Below are positions 28,511-38,447 of a DNA stretch of 64,000 bases, in pieces. The stretch spans positions 587,636 through 651,635 of the forward strand of contig CALWKS010000001.1 of assembly GCA_944381325.1 (NCBI GenBank), given 5' to 3'. The notes under the pieces were generated by a model. That model was not told the origin of the DNA. It was given only the letters and a program-made list of their open reading frames with translations, and did not search any database. The stretch comes from an uncultured Christensenellaceae bacterium. Its GTDB lineage: Bacteria > Bacillota > Clostridia > Christensenellales > UBA3700. The translations under genes and the position numbers were made by a program. Numbering within the stretch: position 1 is the first letter of the stretch; every line of letters starts with the position of its first letter.

Positions 28511-29473
28511 TCAGTTGAACTTCTTTGCTTCGAGATCGCTTACAGAGAAATCTTTTTCATTGGGGTTGTAAGAGAATGCAAAGTTACTGTTAAGAGTAAT
28601 GGTAGTAGCAATGATCTTAGCAACGTTCATGAAGTATGACTCAGTAAGCTTAAGGCTCTTGATGTAACCGTTTTCCCAAATTTCAACTTCAAGCTTGATC
28701 TCCTCAAATCTGAAATCGCTGGGAGAAATACCGGACTGTTCTTTGAGCATGTACATCATCTGCTTCTGATAATCAACGGTAGAAGTCTGAGGATCAGCAA
28801 CGATGGTGAAGCTGTAAGTCTTGGTCTCAGGATTGTAAACAGGAGCGGTAGTCTGATCAGCAATGTAGGTGTTTTCGTTGATGTCGTACATCCAGATCTT
28901 GCTGGGATCAGCAGCTTTAGCGTCAGAATAAGACTTCATATCGTTGAAAGTTTCAGTAGCGTTGAAATCCTTGCCTTCCTTAATTGAAAGGGTTGCATTG
29001 TTCTGATCGGTTACGAGGTTGCCCTTGGAAACGTTACGGAACAGGATTTCGCTTGCATCGCCGGTTTTGGTGATGTAGGTTTCTTCCCAGATCTTTACGA
29101 GGTCCATAGTACCGATACTACCGGAAAGGTTATTGCTGAACTGAGTGTAGTCGCCGTTGATGCTTCCGTTTCTGATTTTGTCGGACTTAACGAACTGTTT
29201 AAACTCAAGCGCGCCTAGGATTTTGGTTGAAAGGCTGCCGGAGCTGGTTGAAGCTACAAAGTTAGCGTTGTAGTAGTTCTTCTCTGCCGCCATGAGCATT
29301 TCTACAGCTGACATATCAGAAGTGATTTTTACTGCAGGTTCCTGTGTAGGCTGAATAGCGCCGAAACCTTCGGGAAGTTTCGTATCGATATCTTTTCCGC
29401 CGCAAGCAACAAAGGATACGCAGGTCAGTACAACTACCATAATTGCAATAATTGCAGTGATGATCTTTTTCAT
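28511..29473 (-). CDS. Putative lipoprotein, unknown function
   Basis: Signal peptide with lipobox (VSFVACGG). No recognisable catalytic motifs. Confidence 0.65.
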   Translation of the reverse strand: MKKIITAIIAIMVVVLTCVSFVACGGKDIDTKLPEGFGAIQPTQEPAVKITSDMSAVEMLMAAEKNYYNANFVASTSSGSLSTKILGALEFKQFVKSDKIRNGSINGDYTQFSNNLSGSIGTMDLVKIWEETYITKTGDASEILFRNVSKGNLVTDQNNATLSIKEGKDFNATETFNDMKSYSDAKAADPSKIWMYDINENTYIADQTTAPVYNPETKTYSFTIVADPQTSTVDYQKQMMYMLKEQSGISPSDFRFEEIKLEVEIWENGYIKSLKLTESYFMNVAKIIATTITLNSNFAFSYNPNEKDFSVSDLEAKKFN

Positions 29474-29822
29474 ATCTTTCTCCTTATAATAACTGCCCTA
29501 TTGTTTTGTACTTTTTCGGGTCAATGTATATTTTATCTTATATATTTGTAAAAATCAAGTAAAATATCGGTCTTATTAAATACAATTTGTTCAAAAAATT
29601 TCTATTATGTCCATATATTGACTCGAAAAATCTGCGGTTGATAATAATTTCACTCTTTTAAGAACATATTTTTATTATGCTTGAAATCCATCAAAACCAT
29701 CAAAGCACGGCTTTAAGATATTTTTTATTGACATATCTTTAGCCTTAATGTATTATGATAATATTCGTGCAGAACTGTACGAATTCAGAAAATATGTAAA
29801 AAAAACAACAAGGAAGTTTTTT

Positions 29823-30707
29823 ATGAGTAGCTATTTCATAACGACTGAGGCGACCAGCGATTATCCCCCTTCACTAGAAGAAAAGGATTTTGCAATTATC
29901 CCCATGTCGTACAGCGTATGCGGAAAAGACTATGACGGCGAAAACACCAAACTGAGCGTGAAAGAATTCTACGACGCATGCCGCAATGCAAAGACAAAAG
30001 AAGACCTCCCCACCACAGCGATGGTAACGGCTTACACAGCTAAAGAATTCTTTACCCCCATACTTAAAACGGGACACGATATAATCCACATAGGTTTTTC
30101 TTCTCAGCTCAGCGGAACTTACGATCAGCTCTGCGCGGCAGCAGAAGAATTGAGAAAAGAATTCCCCGAGCGCAAAATAACGGTGATAGACTCCAAAGCG
30201 GCATGTTTTGTCGAAGGACTTATAGCATATTATACCCTGCGTGCCCGCGACGAAGGCGCAAGTTATGAAGAATGCGTTAAGGTCGCCGAAGATATTTCCG
30301 ACAAATCCTGCGGATTCTTTACCATCGAAGACATAAACCATCTTTGCCGTACGGGACGAGTTAGCAAAGCCGAAGCTTTCATCGGCTCTACCCTTCACAT
30401 CAAACCTATTCTGCACATCAATCCCGAAGGAAAACTCATTCCCGTTACAAAAGCCATTTCCAAAAAACGCGCTATGAGAGGAGTCGTTGAACTTGCAAAG
30501 AAAAAAATGCTTCCTCCCGAAAGTCAGAAGCTTGTAGGTATCGGACACGCTGACGCTTACGAAGACGCGGTTGCGCTCGAAGCTATAGTAAAAGAGGAAC
30601 TCGGCGTGCAAAACACGGTAATATTCGACGTAGGCTCGGTAATAGGCTCTCACGTCGGCGCGGGAATGCTCGCAGTAGTTCTTCTCTGCACAGACAAAAA
30701 CTTATAA
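29823..30707 (+). CDS. DegV-family fatty-acid-binding protein
   Basis: Start at MSSYFITTEATSDYP (AAGGAAG RBS). DegV layout, with the TTGACA-17-TATTAT promoter at 29728-29756. Confidence 0.8.
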   Translation: MSSYFITTEATSDYPPSLEEKDFAIIPMSYSVCGKDYDGENTKLSVKEFYDACRNAKTKEDLPTTAMVTAYTAKEFFTPILKTGHDIIHIGFSSQLSGTYDQLCAAAEELRKEFPERKITVIDSKAACFVEGLIAYYTLRARDEGASYEECVKVAEDISDKSCGFFTIEDINHLCRTGRVSKAEAFIGSTLHIKPILHINPEGKLIPVTKAISKKRAMRGVVELAKKKMLPPESQKLVGIGHADAYEDAVALEAIVKEELGVQNTVIFDVGSVIGSHVGAGMLAVVLLCTDKNL

Positions 30708-30788
30708 ACGTTTAAGACAACAATAAAGACGGGGCAACAGCTCCGTCTTTTTTAATTCCGTTACAAAATTCTCTGCAATAAAACAGCC

Positions 30789-31610
30789 TTATTCTCCGTC
30801 CTTTTTATCTTCAGGATTATCGGGAGTGGCGACAAGCTCTTTTGTTTCGTCTTCGTCAATTTTTTTATCTTCGGCTGAAACTTCGACCTTATCTGCTGTC
30901 TCTTCTGCGATTTCTTTGTTTTCCGCATCCGCGACAACGGCTTTTTTCTCTTCTTCAACGTTTTCGGCTTTTTCTACGGCTTCTTTAGCAGCCTCAGCCT
31001 TCTTGTTCTTAGCAACCTTGACAATAACCATAACGATATAGAAAATCAGTACGGCTATAACGATTATAAAGAATACTGTAAGAATAATATCTACATAATC
31101 TTTAAAGAAATAAGTCAGAGTCGTAACTATCGCGCCTGCTGTAAGATTGCCCAGAAGCACGCTTACAAGCGCCTTCCAGAACGGCATATCGAGAAAAGCC
31201 GCAACAGCGCTGCCCGTCCACACTCCCGTCAAAGGAAGAGGTACCGCAACGAAAGTATATACGCCCAGCATCTTTTTCTTCATCTTTTTGGGATCGTTTC
31301 TGTCCCCTTCTTTAACCACCTTGTCCGCACGAGAACGGAAAGTGCTTTCAACCGCAAGCGCGAGAGAACGGAACCACTTTGTCTTTTTCATCCAGTCAAG
31401 TACGGGCCTTAATATGAGAAGCAGCACGGGCGCTACAAGGGACGAACCAACCCATGCCCATAAGAATGACTCCCACAAAGGCATACCCATTGCGACGCCT
31501 ACGGGAATACTTCCTCTCAGCTCGATAATGGGAATAACGGCAATTACGATAATCGTAAGAATATCGTTGTTCAGAGTTTTTTCAAAAAAATTAATAATCG
31601 CATCTGTCAT
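30789..31610 (-). CDS. Small multidrug export-like (COG2426) membrane protein with ~75-aa K/E-rich C-terminal tail
   Basis: IIELRGSIPVGVAMGMPLWESF... N-terminal region typical of this family, then a low-complexity charged tail. Confidence 0.7.
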   Translation of the reverse strand: MTDAIINFFEKTLNNDILTIIVIAVIPIIELRGSIPVGVAMGMPLWESFLWAWVGSSLVAPVLLLILRPVLDWMKKTKWFRSLALAVESTFRSRADKVVKEGDRNDPKKMKKKMLGVYTFVAVPLPLTGVWTGSAVAAFLDMPFWKALVSVLLGNLTAGAIVTTLTYFFKDYVDIILTVFFIIVIAVLIFYIVMVIVKVAKNKKAEAAKEAVEKAENVEEEKKAVVADAENKEIAEETADKVEVSAEDKKIDEDETKELVATPDNPEDKKDGE

Positions 31611-31716
31611 AAAAGCACCATAGTTATTATATATAATACGACATATTAAGTCAACGATATGCCTTCAAGATTATTTTTTTGTTGCGTTTAACCACATTTT
31701 ATTCTAATATATACTT

Positions 31717-32484
31717 ATGCAAAGACTTTTAAGCCTCACGAGAAAGGCAATCAACGATTACAGAATGATAGAAGACGGCGACAAAATCGCTATTGGAGTA
31801 AGCGGCGGCAAAGACAGCACCGCACTGCTTGCGATACTTGCCGCATACAAGAAATTCGCTCCAGAAAAATTCGACCTTGTAGCGATCAACATAGATCTGG
31901 GATTTAAAGAAACCGATCAGAACGAAGTGGCAAAACTGCGCGAATATTGCGAAAAAGTAAACGTTCCGCTGATCATAGAACACACTCAGATCGCTGAGAT
32001 AATCTTCAACGAACGCAAAGAAAAATCCCCTTGCAGCCTTTGCTCGAAGATGCGTCGCGGAGCGCTCAATTCCATAGCGATAGCCAACGGATGCAACAAA
32101 CTTGCGCTTGCACACCATGCCGACGATATAATCGACACCTTCTTCTTAAGTCTTCTGCACGAAGGCAGACTCTCTACGTTTATGCCGGTAAGCTATATGG
32201 ACAGAACGGGTATAACTCTTATCCGTCCTTTTATATACGCTGAAGAAAAATATCTTGCCGGGCTGTGCCGCAGATACGATCTTCCTATCGTTCACAATCC
32301 CTGCCCCGAAGACAAACACACGCGCCGCGAAGACATGAAAAACCTCGTCGAAGAACTTGACGCGCGCTTTGACGGCAGCAAAAAACTCATTATGTCAGCA
32401 CTGTTCAATCCTCAGAGAAACAACCTCTGGGACAAGAGCGCAAACTACGTTCCCCCTTGCGGAGACAAAAACGTAAACGAATGA
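31717..32484 (+). CDS. ttcA: PP-loop ATPase, TtcA-like tRNA thiolation enzyme
   Basis: SGGKDS PP-loop, CSLCSKMRRG Cys motif, and a second Cys motif near NPCPEDKH. Confidence 0.75.
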   Translation: MQRLLSLTRKAINDYRMIEDGDKIAIGVSGGKDSTALLAILAAYKKFAPEKFDLVAINIDLGFKETDQNEVAKLREYCEKVNVPLIIEHTQIAEIIFNERKEKSPCSLCSKMRRGALNSIAIANGCNKLALAHHADDIIDTFFLSLLHEGRLSTFMPVSYMDRTGITLIRPFIYAEEKYLAGLCRRYDLPIVHNPCPEDKHTRREDMKNLVEELDARFDGSKKLIMSALFNPQRNNLWDKSANYVPPCGDKNVNE

Positions 32485-32528
32485 ATTTTCAAGCAAATTG
32501 TTAAACTATAATATCCTGCCCGTGTTGA

Positions 32529-32789
32529 TTAAACACGGGTTTTCTTTTTCTCGTACAATTTTTTCGTACTGTATCCTCCTCTTAAATGTCTTTCTGAAAG
32601 ATTCACTCCCAGCACCTTCTTCACCTCAATGTATAACCCCTTGTCAATGCGTTTCAGCTTCTTCGTAACGTCGGTATGCACTGTGCTTTTCCCCACTCCG
32701 AAAACCGCAGCGCAAGCGCGAACTGTAGCGTTGTTTTCGATAATATACAGCGCCTCGCTTTTCACTCTTTCCTCGTTTACTTCCAACAT
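32529..32789 (-). CDS. spoIIID: Sporulation transcriptional regulator SpoIIID
   Basis: ATVRACAAVFGVGKSTVHTDVTKKL HTH and ERHLRGG match SpoIIID. Start at MLEVNEERV. Confidence 0.9.
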   Translation of the reverse strand: MLEVNEERVKSEALYIIENNATVRACAAVFGVGKSTVHTDVTKKLKRIDKGLYIEVKKVLGVNLSERHLRGGYSTKKLYEKKKTRV

Positions 32790-33011
32790 AACACGCCCCT
32801 TATACACGTTTCGATATACGATATTCCGAGAGGATTGGTTTTATGCACAAAACAGAATTTACGGCATTGTCTGAATTTTATATCATCGTTTATTCATATA
32901 TTCATATTCTTATCTGATCATTTACCGTATCTGCTTCGGCACATATTTTCCTATGTTCATATAAGCATAATTCGCAAGGATAATATCCAGACGAATGCAC
33001 ACGATATTCTT

Positions 33012-33404
33012 ATGAAAAACGTTAAGGACTTCTTTGCTTCGCATAAGAAAATCTCTTTTGTTGCAACAGTGTCTGCAGCCCTGCTTACAGGCGTAGCCAA
33101 CGGTCTGTTCGGCGGCGGAGGCGGAATGCTGGCAGTGCCTGCGTATACAGTACTGCAGGGAATGGAGACCAAAAAAGCGCACGCAACCGCAGTTGCCGCT
33201 ATTCTGCCTCTTTCGGCAATAAGCGCGGTCATCTATATTATCGGCGGAAATTTCAACCCCTCTTTCGGATATTACGTTTGCGGGGCTGTCATAATCGGCG
33301 GTATTGCAGGTTCTTTTATTCTGAAAAAAATATCTTCACAGCTGCTTGAATTCGTATTTTACGGAGTAATGCTTGCGGCAGGAATAAGGATGTTGACAAA
33401 ATGA
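33012..33404 (+). CDS. Half-size TSUP (TauE/SafE) family permease, N-half-like
   Basis: 130 aa, ~4 TM, GLFGGGGGMLAVPAY motif. The long N-terminal extension of ORF 32676 is not supported. Confidence 0.6.
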   Translation: MKNVKDFFASHKKISFVATVSAALLTGVANGLFGGGGGMLAVPAYTVLQGMETKKAHATAVAAILPLSAISAVIYIIGGNFNPSFGYYVCGAVIIGGIAGSFILKKISSQLLEFVFYGVMLAAGIRMLTK

Positions 33405-33832
33405 CTCACAGCGTGATTTTTTATATCCTCGCAGGTCTGGCGGGCGGAATAATGGGCGGCATGGGACTGGGAGGAGGGACTCTTCTTATCCCTATGCTTA
33501 CCGTTTTTCTCGACGTAAGCGGAAAGCAGGCGGCAGCGATAAATCTGATATCTTTTATTCCAATGAGCATTGTGGCTTGCGTTATTCACGCTAAAAATAA
33601 ACTTCTCGACGTAAAAAAGGCGCTTATGATAGCGATTCCCGCAGCGGCGACGTGCGCGGCATCGTCTTTTTTCGCACAACGAGCTCCTCAGGAAGTGCTT
33701 TCAAAAGGCTTTGCAATATTTCTCATCGTCCTCGCCGTGATAATGCTTATATCCCGCGCCGTGGCGGCATACAACTCCTTATGCAAAAAACTCGCAGCGT
33801 ATCCGCTCTTCCCTCGACCCGACGCACAGTGA
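33401..33832 (+). CDS. Half-size TSUP (TauE/SafE) family permease, C-half-like
   Basis: 143 aa, ~4 TM, GMGLGGGTLLIPML motif. ATGA overlap with the preceding half. Confidence 0.65.
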   Translation: MTHSVIFYILAGLAGGIMGGMGLGGGTLLIPMLTVFLDVSGKQAAAINLISFIPMSIVACVIHAKNKLLDVKKALMIAIPAAATCAASSFFAQRAPQEVLSKGFAIFLIVLAVIMLISRAVAAYNSLCKKLAAYPLFPRPDAQ

Positions 33833-34044
33833 TACAACAACGCATTCAACGCAGAAAAGCGCGTTTTTCTTTTGATTTTTAATTTGTCTTTAATATTACT
33901 TTACTTTTTGTTTTCGCGCGAAAAGTTTATAATAAATATAGGCGTTTTTATTTGATTTTATCTGGCGCTTACTATATAATTATTAGAGTTGAACAGGCGC
34001 GCGCCTGTTTATAATAGGAAATCAAATAACTCAAAGGTGGTTAA

Positions 34045-37000
34045 ATGAAAAGGAACAAGAAAATTTTGCTCACAGTGATTTCAGTGATCCTTCTTGTCGC
34101 TCTCGTGGCTTCTTTCGTTGCATGCAAAGAAGAAGTAGACCCCGATGACAACAAAGAAGTTGCATCTGAACTTTTCACCAACGGCAGTTTCAGCGGCGCG
34201 GACGGCACCAGCTATCCGCTTACCCCGTCCAACTGGACAGGCGCTCCCGGCTCTACGAGCAGCAGCGACAGCTATAAGACTCCTTCCGGCAGCGACAACC
34301 TTATCGCGGGCGTTATCAGCACTGAGGATAAAACCTACCGCAGCAACAGCAAGACTTACGGCGGCGCGGCAAATCCCGGTAAGATAGGCGAAGACAACAA
34401 TATCCTTATGATATACAATAAGGTTTCGACCGTCTACAAGTACACGTCTGCAAGCGTCAGCCTGAACAAGTCCTCTTACTACAAGCTCAGCGTATGGGTC
34501 AAGACCATCGGCATTGACAAGAACGCAAGCGACTACAACGAGGGTAAGAGCGGCGCTTATATCTATGTAAACGGCGCGGCTTATGCGGCTTTCGAAGCTA
34601 TCGACACCGAAGGCGAATGGAAAGAATACACTACTTACATCGAAACCAGCGATATCTCTTCTCAGAGCATCACGGTAGTTCTTTCTCTGGGCAACGGCTC
34701 CAAGATGGAAAACTCCATGACCAAAGGCTGGGCGTTCTTTGACAGCGTTACCCTTACCAACCTCACCGACGTAGAAGAAGGCGAAACCGCATGGACTCAG
34801 GAAGATTTCAACAAGGTTGAGACCGGCGAAACCGTATCCAAATATACGATGAAGCTTGCCGATGCAGATTTCGATTACACCACGTCCACCTCTTCCCCCT
34901 ACACCCCCAGCAAATATACCGCTGTAAAGGGTACGGGCAACGGCGACGACGCTCCCAGCGCTTCCGACTATATCACAAAAGGTATTCTGAAGACCGCCGA
35001 GACGCTCAACGTTATCAACAGCGCCGACAACTCCGAGATCACGGTAACCACCCATGACGGAGCTGCGGGAAGAATTTATTATCAGCAGAATAAAAAAGCT
35101 ACCGCTTACGGTATCAGATCTTCTGTCGCTACCCGTTTTCTCGGCGGCGAACAATATTACAAGCTCAGCATCTGGGTTAGAACCATAATCGCTGACGCAG
35201 ACAAGGGCATGACGGTAAAACTCACCAACGGCTCTTCTGACGCAACCGTTTATTTCGAAGCTGAAAACATCAATACCGCAGGCGAATGGAAACAAATAGA
35301 CCTCTACGTAGAAGCAAACCAGTTCAGATATCAGGACGTTTATCTTGAATTCTGGCTCGGTGAAGGCGGCGCGGACGACACGTCCACTCACGCTCAGGGT
35401 ATCTTCTTCGTAGACGATATGAGCCTGACCAACATCACCGCTGAAGAATATGCAGCCGCTACCGAAAGCGAAACCGTTTATAAGCACAGCTTTGCAAGCG
35501 AACTCACCGAGGATTCTCTCGTAAACCTTGCAAACTTCGGTGAAGACAACGGCGACAACGCTATCACTGGCAGAAGCTCCTTCGGCGTTGCCGATACCGC
35601 AAACTGGGAATCAGGCAGCTACGCAGGCATCGAAAACCCCGGCAGCCCCACTTCTCTCGCTACCTCGGTACTCACGATCAACAACTATCTGCCTTCCGTC
35701 TACAACCTCTCCAATATTTATGAGAAAGAAGACGGCACGATCAGCGACGGCTCTTACACCGTAAACCCCAACTCTTACTACGTCTTTGCGATGTGGATCA
35801 AGACGAAGGATATCGACAGCTCTACAGGCGTCAACGTTTCTCTCGTAAGCTATGACAGTGAAAAGGATTACGAGGACTCTAAGACCACGCTGGCAACCTT
35901 CTCCACTCTCAATACAGAAAACCTCGCAGACTACAAGAGCGCTAACAACTCAGATTACACCGAGATAAGATTCTTCGTTCAGACCGGCTCCGAATCTGCA
36001 AAGATCGGCTTCAACGTAAGCCTCGGAAGCGGCTCTGCAAACGACTCTTCGTCTCACGCTATGGGTTATGCGTTCATCTCTACCGTTACCGTTGAAAAGG
36101 TTACCGCGGCTGACTACTCTTCCGCTTCAACCTCTACGGTCCTCAAGACCTACTCCTTCGTATCCTCAGGCAGCAGTGCCGAAGTTTCTTCCAACGGCTA
36201 CTTCAAGCAGACTGACAACAAAGCTACTCAGGAACTATACGGCGACGAAGTTTACAACGAAAACGGCATTCTTACCGGCGCGCTCGGCGTTCCCTCCAAC
36301 TGGACCGCAACAAACAGCGACGCTCTTAAGAACAAAGAGGTTACCGCAGGCGTTCTCGACATCAACAACGCTGAACAGAAAGCCACAGCAGGCATCAGCA
36401 TCGATCCTGAAACCTTCTACAGCTCAATGAACATTGCCGGTATCAACGCAACCGATTACCCCAACGTTCTTGCAATCAAAGGCAATGCGGCTTATTTCGG
36501 ATACAAGTCCAACACGATCTCTCTGTCCTCCGATTCTTATTACATCGTTTCGGTATGGGCAAAGATGGAAGCAGGCTCTGTCATAACTGTTACGCTCGAT
36601 ACGACCACCAAGAGCGCCAACTACACCGTTACTCCTATAAGAGCGGCTGACATGGGCACTGACTGGCAGCAGTACACCTTCCTCGTAAAGACAAGCGCAA
36701 CTTCTGTTTCCGCTACTCTCGGTCTTTATATCGGTAGCGAAGAAGGCTCTGCAGGTGAAGTCAAGACCGCTTACTTCACAATGGCAACTTATACCAGCGT
36801 TTCAGAAAAGGCGTTCAACTCTCTCGTAGCTTCCGCAACCGAAGCAGGAGATATGGATAAGACCGTCTTCGAAAGATCTTTCAATACCGACTCTTTCGAC
36901 AGCTACACCGCTTCTGACGACGCAGCGTTCACCCCGTCCAACTGGACAGGCGCAAAGATCGGCGACGACGCAAGCACTGACAGCGATGACCTCACCGCAG

Positions 37001-37884
37001 GCGTATTCAACCGCAAGGAAGGCGACTGGTCTCTGCTTGACATTGACCCGGACAACGACGCTGACGACGCTATCGTAAACGCTATATACAACAATACTGA
37101 CGACAACTACGTAGGCGACAACGTACTCGTTATCTACAACAAGAACGCAAACGCTTACAAGTATACGTCTTCTTCTTCGATAACCCTCAAGGGCGAAAAG
37201 TATTACAAGATCAGCGTATGGGTACTCACATACGGTCTTGAAAAGGACGACACCGCTACGATTTCTCTCAAGCTGAACAACCTCAGCTACACCTTCGGCA
37301 AACAGAACCGCACCGGAGACACAGATGTAAAGCGCGTTGTCAACACTTCGACTTACGCTGAAGACGGCACTGAAACCGTAGGAAGCTGGACTCAGTACAA
37401 CTTCTACGTAAAGACTGAAAAGGACGTTACCCCTACCGCTACTCTGACGCTTTCGCTCGGATTCGAGGACGAAGAAAACTTTGTCAAGGGTTACGCATTC
37501 TTCGACAACTTCACCGTTGACGAAATCACTGAAGAAGAATTCATCAAGAGAAAGGAAGTTGCAGGCGAAACCGAAGAAACCATCGACGAATCTCTTATCG
37601 CGGACGAACTCGTACCCAACAACTACCGCATAGTCTTCACACAGGAAGACGCTGACGCTGAAGAAGAGCCTGAAGAGGAAGAAACTCCTGAAACCAATCC
37701 CGCTACCGACTATCTGTGGCTGTGGATCTCCTCAGGCGTACTCGGCGCTCTGCTCATCGTAGCTGTAATAGTTGTTCTTTACAGAAAGTTCTCCAAGAAG
37801 AGCAAGAAGCTGGTCAAGAGCGGCAACAAGAAACAGGTAAGCGCTCCGACCAAGACCAACAAGAAGGATAAATACTCCAAGTAA
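34045..37884 (+). CDS. Large (1279 aa) cell-surface protein with five CBM4/9-like modules, N-terminal lipobox and C-terminal TM plus basic tail
   Basis: Signal/lipobox LVASFVAC. Recurrent module cores are YYKLSVWVKT, YYKLSIWVRT, YYVFAMWIKT, YYIVSVWAKM and YYKISVWVLT, each preceded by a PSNWTG/PSKYTA-type start. An acidic linker is followed by NPATD-TM-RKFSKKSKK. Confidence 0.8.
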   Translation: MKRNKKILLTVISVILLVALVASFVACKEEVDPDDNKEVASELFTNGSFSGADGTSYPLTPSNWTGAPGSTSSSDSYKTPSGSDNLIAGVISTEDKTYRSNSKTYGGAANPGKIGEDNNILMIYNKVSTVYKYTSASVSLNKSSYYKLSVWVKTIGIDKNASDYNEGKSGAYIYVNGAAYAAFEAIDTEGEWKEYTTYIETSDISSQSITVVLSLGNGSKMENSMTKGWAFFDSVTLTNLTDVEEGETAWTQEDFNKVETGETVSKYTMKLADADFDYTTSTSSPYTPSKYTAVKGTGNGDDAPSASDYITKGILKTAETLNVINSADNSEITVTTHDGAAGRIYYQQNKKATAYGIRSSVATRFLGGEQYYKLSIWVRTIIADADKGMTVKLTNGSSDATVYFEAENINTAGEWKQIDLYVEANQFRYQDVYLEFWLGEGGADDTSTHAQGIFFVDDMSLTNITAEEYAAATESETVYKHSFASELTEDSLVNLANFGEDNGDNAITGRSSFGVADTANWESGSYAGIENPGSPTSLATSVLTINNYLPSVYNLSNIYEKEDGTISDGSYTVNPNSYYVFAMWIKTKDIDSSTGVNVSLVSYDSEKDYEDSKTTLATFSTLNTENLADYKSANNSDYTEIRFFVQTGSESAKIGFNVSLGSGSANDSSSHAMGYAFISTVTVEKVTAADYSSASTSTVLKTYSFVSSGSSAEVSSNGYFKQTDNKATQELYGDEVYNENGILTGALGVPSNWTATNSDALKNKEVTAGVLDINNAEQKATAGISIDPETFYSSMNIAGINATDYPNVLAIKGNAAYFGYKSNTISLSSDSYYIVSVWAKMEAGSVITVTLDTTTKSANYTVTPIRAADMGTDWQQYTFLVKTSATSVSATLGLYIGSEEGSAGEVKTAYFTMATYTSVSEKAFNSLVASATEAGDMDKTVFERSFNTDSFDSYTASDDAAFTPSNWTGAKIGDDASTDSDDLTAGVFNRKEGDWSLLDIDPDNDADDAIVNAIYNNTDDNYVGDNVLVIYNKNANAYKYTSSSSITLKGEKYYKISVWVLTYGLEKDDTATISLKLNNLSYTFGKQNRTGDTDVKRVVNTSTYAEDGTETVGSWTQYNFYVKTEKDVTPTATLTLSLGFEDEENFVKGYAFFDNFTVDEITEEEFIKRKEVAGETEETIDESLIADELVPNNYRIVFTQEDADAEEEPEEEETPETNPATDYLWLWISSGVLGALLIVAVIVVLYRKFSKKSKKLVKSGNKKQVSAPTKTNKKDKYSK

Positions 37885-37903
37885 TATCCTTTGACGTAAA
37901 ACC

Positions 37904-37933
37904 AAAGACGGGTGCAATCGCACCCGTCTTTTT
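37904..37933 (+). terminator. Rho-independent terminator after the surface protein gene
   Basis: AAAGACGGGTG-CAATCG-CACCCGTCTTT followed by TT. Confidence 0.85.
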
Positions 37934-38092
37934 GTATACTCTTTTATTAAATATCTTTTATACCGTCCTCTGGACATTATAGAGTGATATTTTCTGCAAC
38001 GCCCTGTTTTCAGCAATTTGTTTCATAAAGTTTTTGTCAGACAAATTTGTTATTCAGATCATTTTATTATAAACTTTTATATGAACAGCGCA

Positions 38093-38386
38093 TCACTTAC
38101 TCATAGGCACCAGTATGCGCTGCCCTACAAAAACCGCATCAAGACCGTTGATTTTTTTGACAGACTCCTGAGAGGCGTTAAACTTTGCGGCAATGCTTTC
38201 TATAGTATCGAACGGTCTGACCGTATACCCGAAAGCTTCCTGCTCTTCGATTATTAGTTTCATTCCCTCAAACGGCGCTCCTTTCAGATTGTTCTTTTCA
38301 GCGATGACTGACGGCGACGCATGAAATCTTGCGGCTACAGACGACAAAGTGTCGCCTTTTTTTACTGTATACAATACGGCTTTCAT
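38093..38386 (-). CDS. Small protein with two LysM domains
   Basis: YTVKKGDTLSSVAARF... and YTVRPFDTIESIAAKF...INGL are two LysM repeats. Confidence 0.8.
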   Translation of the reverse strand: MKAVLYTVKKGDTLSSVAARFHASPSVIAEKNNLKGAPFEGMKLIIEEQEAFGYTVRPFDTIESIAAKFNASQESVKKINGLDAVFVGQRILVPMSK

Positions 38387-38447
38387 ATCTTCCTCCTTTT
38401 TTCTCTGTTAATAAAATATTGCGCGGCTTTGCTTAATATCATATAGT

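Noticed and set aside
32676-33011. N-terminal 112 codons of ORF 32676..33404
   Set aside because: This stretch runs through the spoIIID coding region and promoter area. The TSUP-like sequence begins only at 33012.
34081-35487. 468-aa ORF antisense to the large surface-protein gene
   Set aside because: It lies fully inside and opposite a gene with clear modular domain structure. The product is low-complexity and Arg/Gly/Val-rich, with no RBS context. It is a typical shadow ORF.
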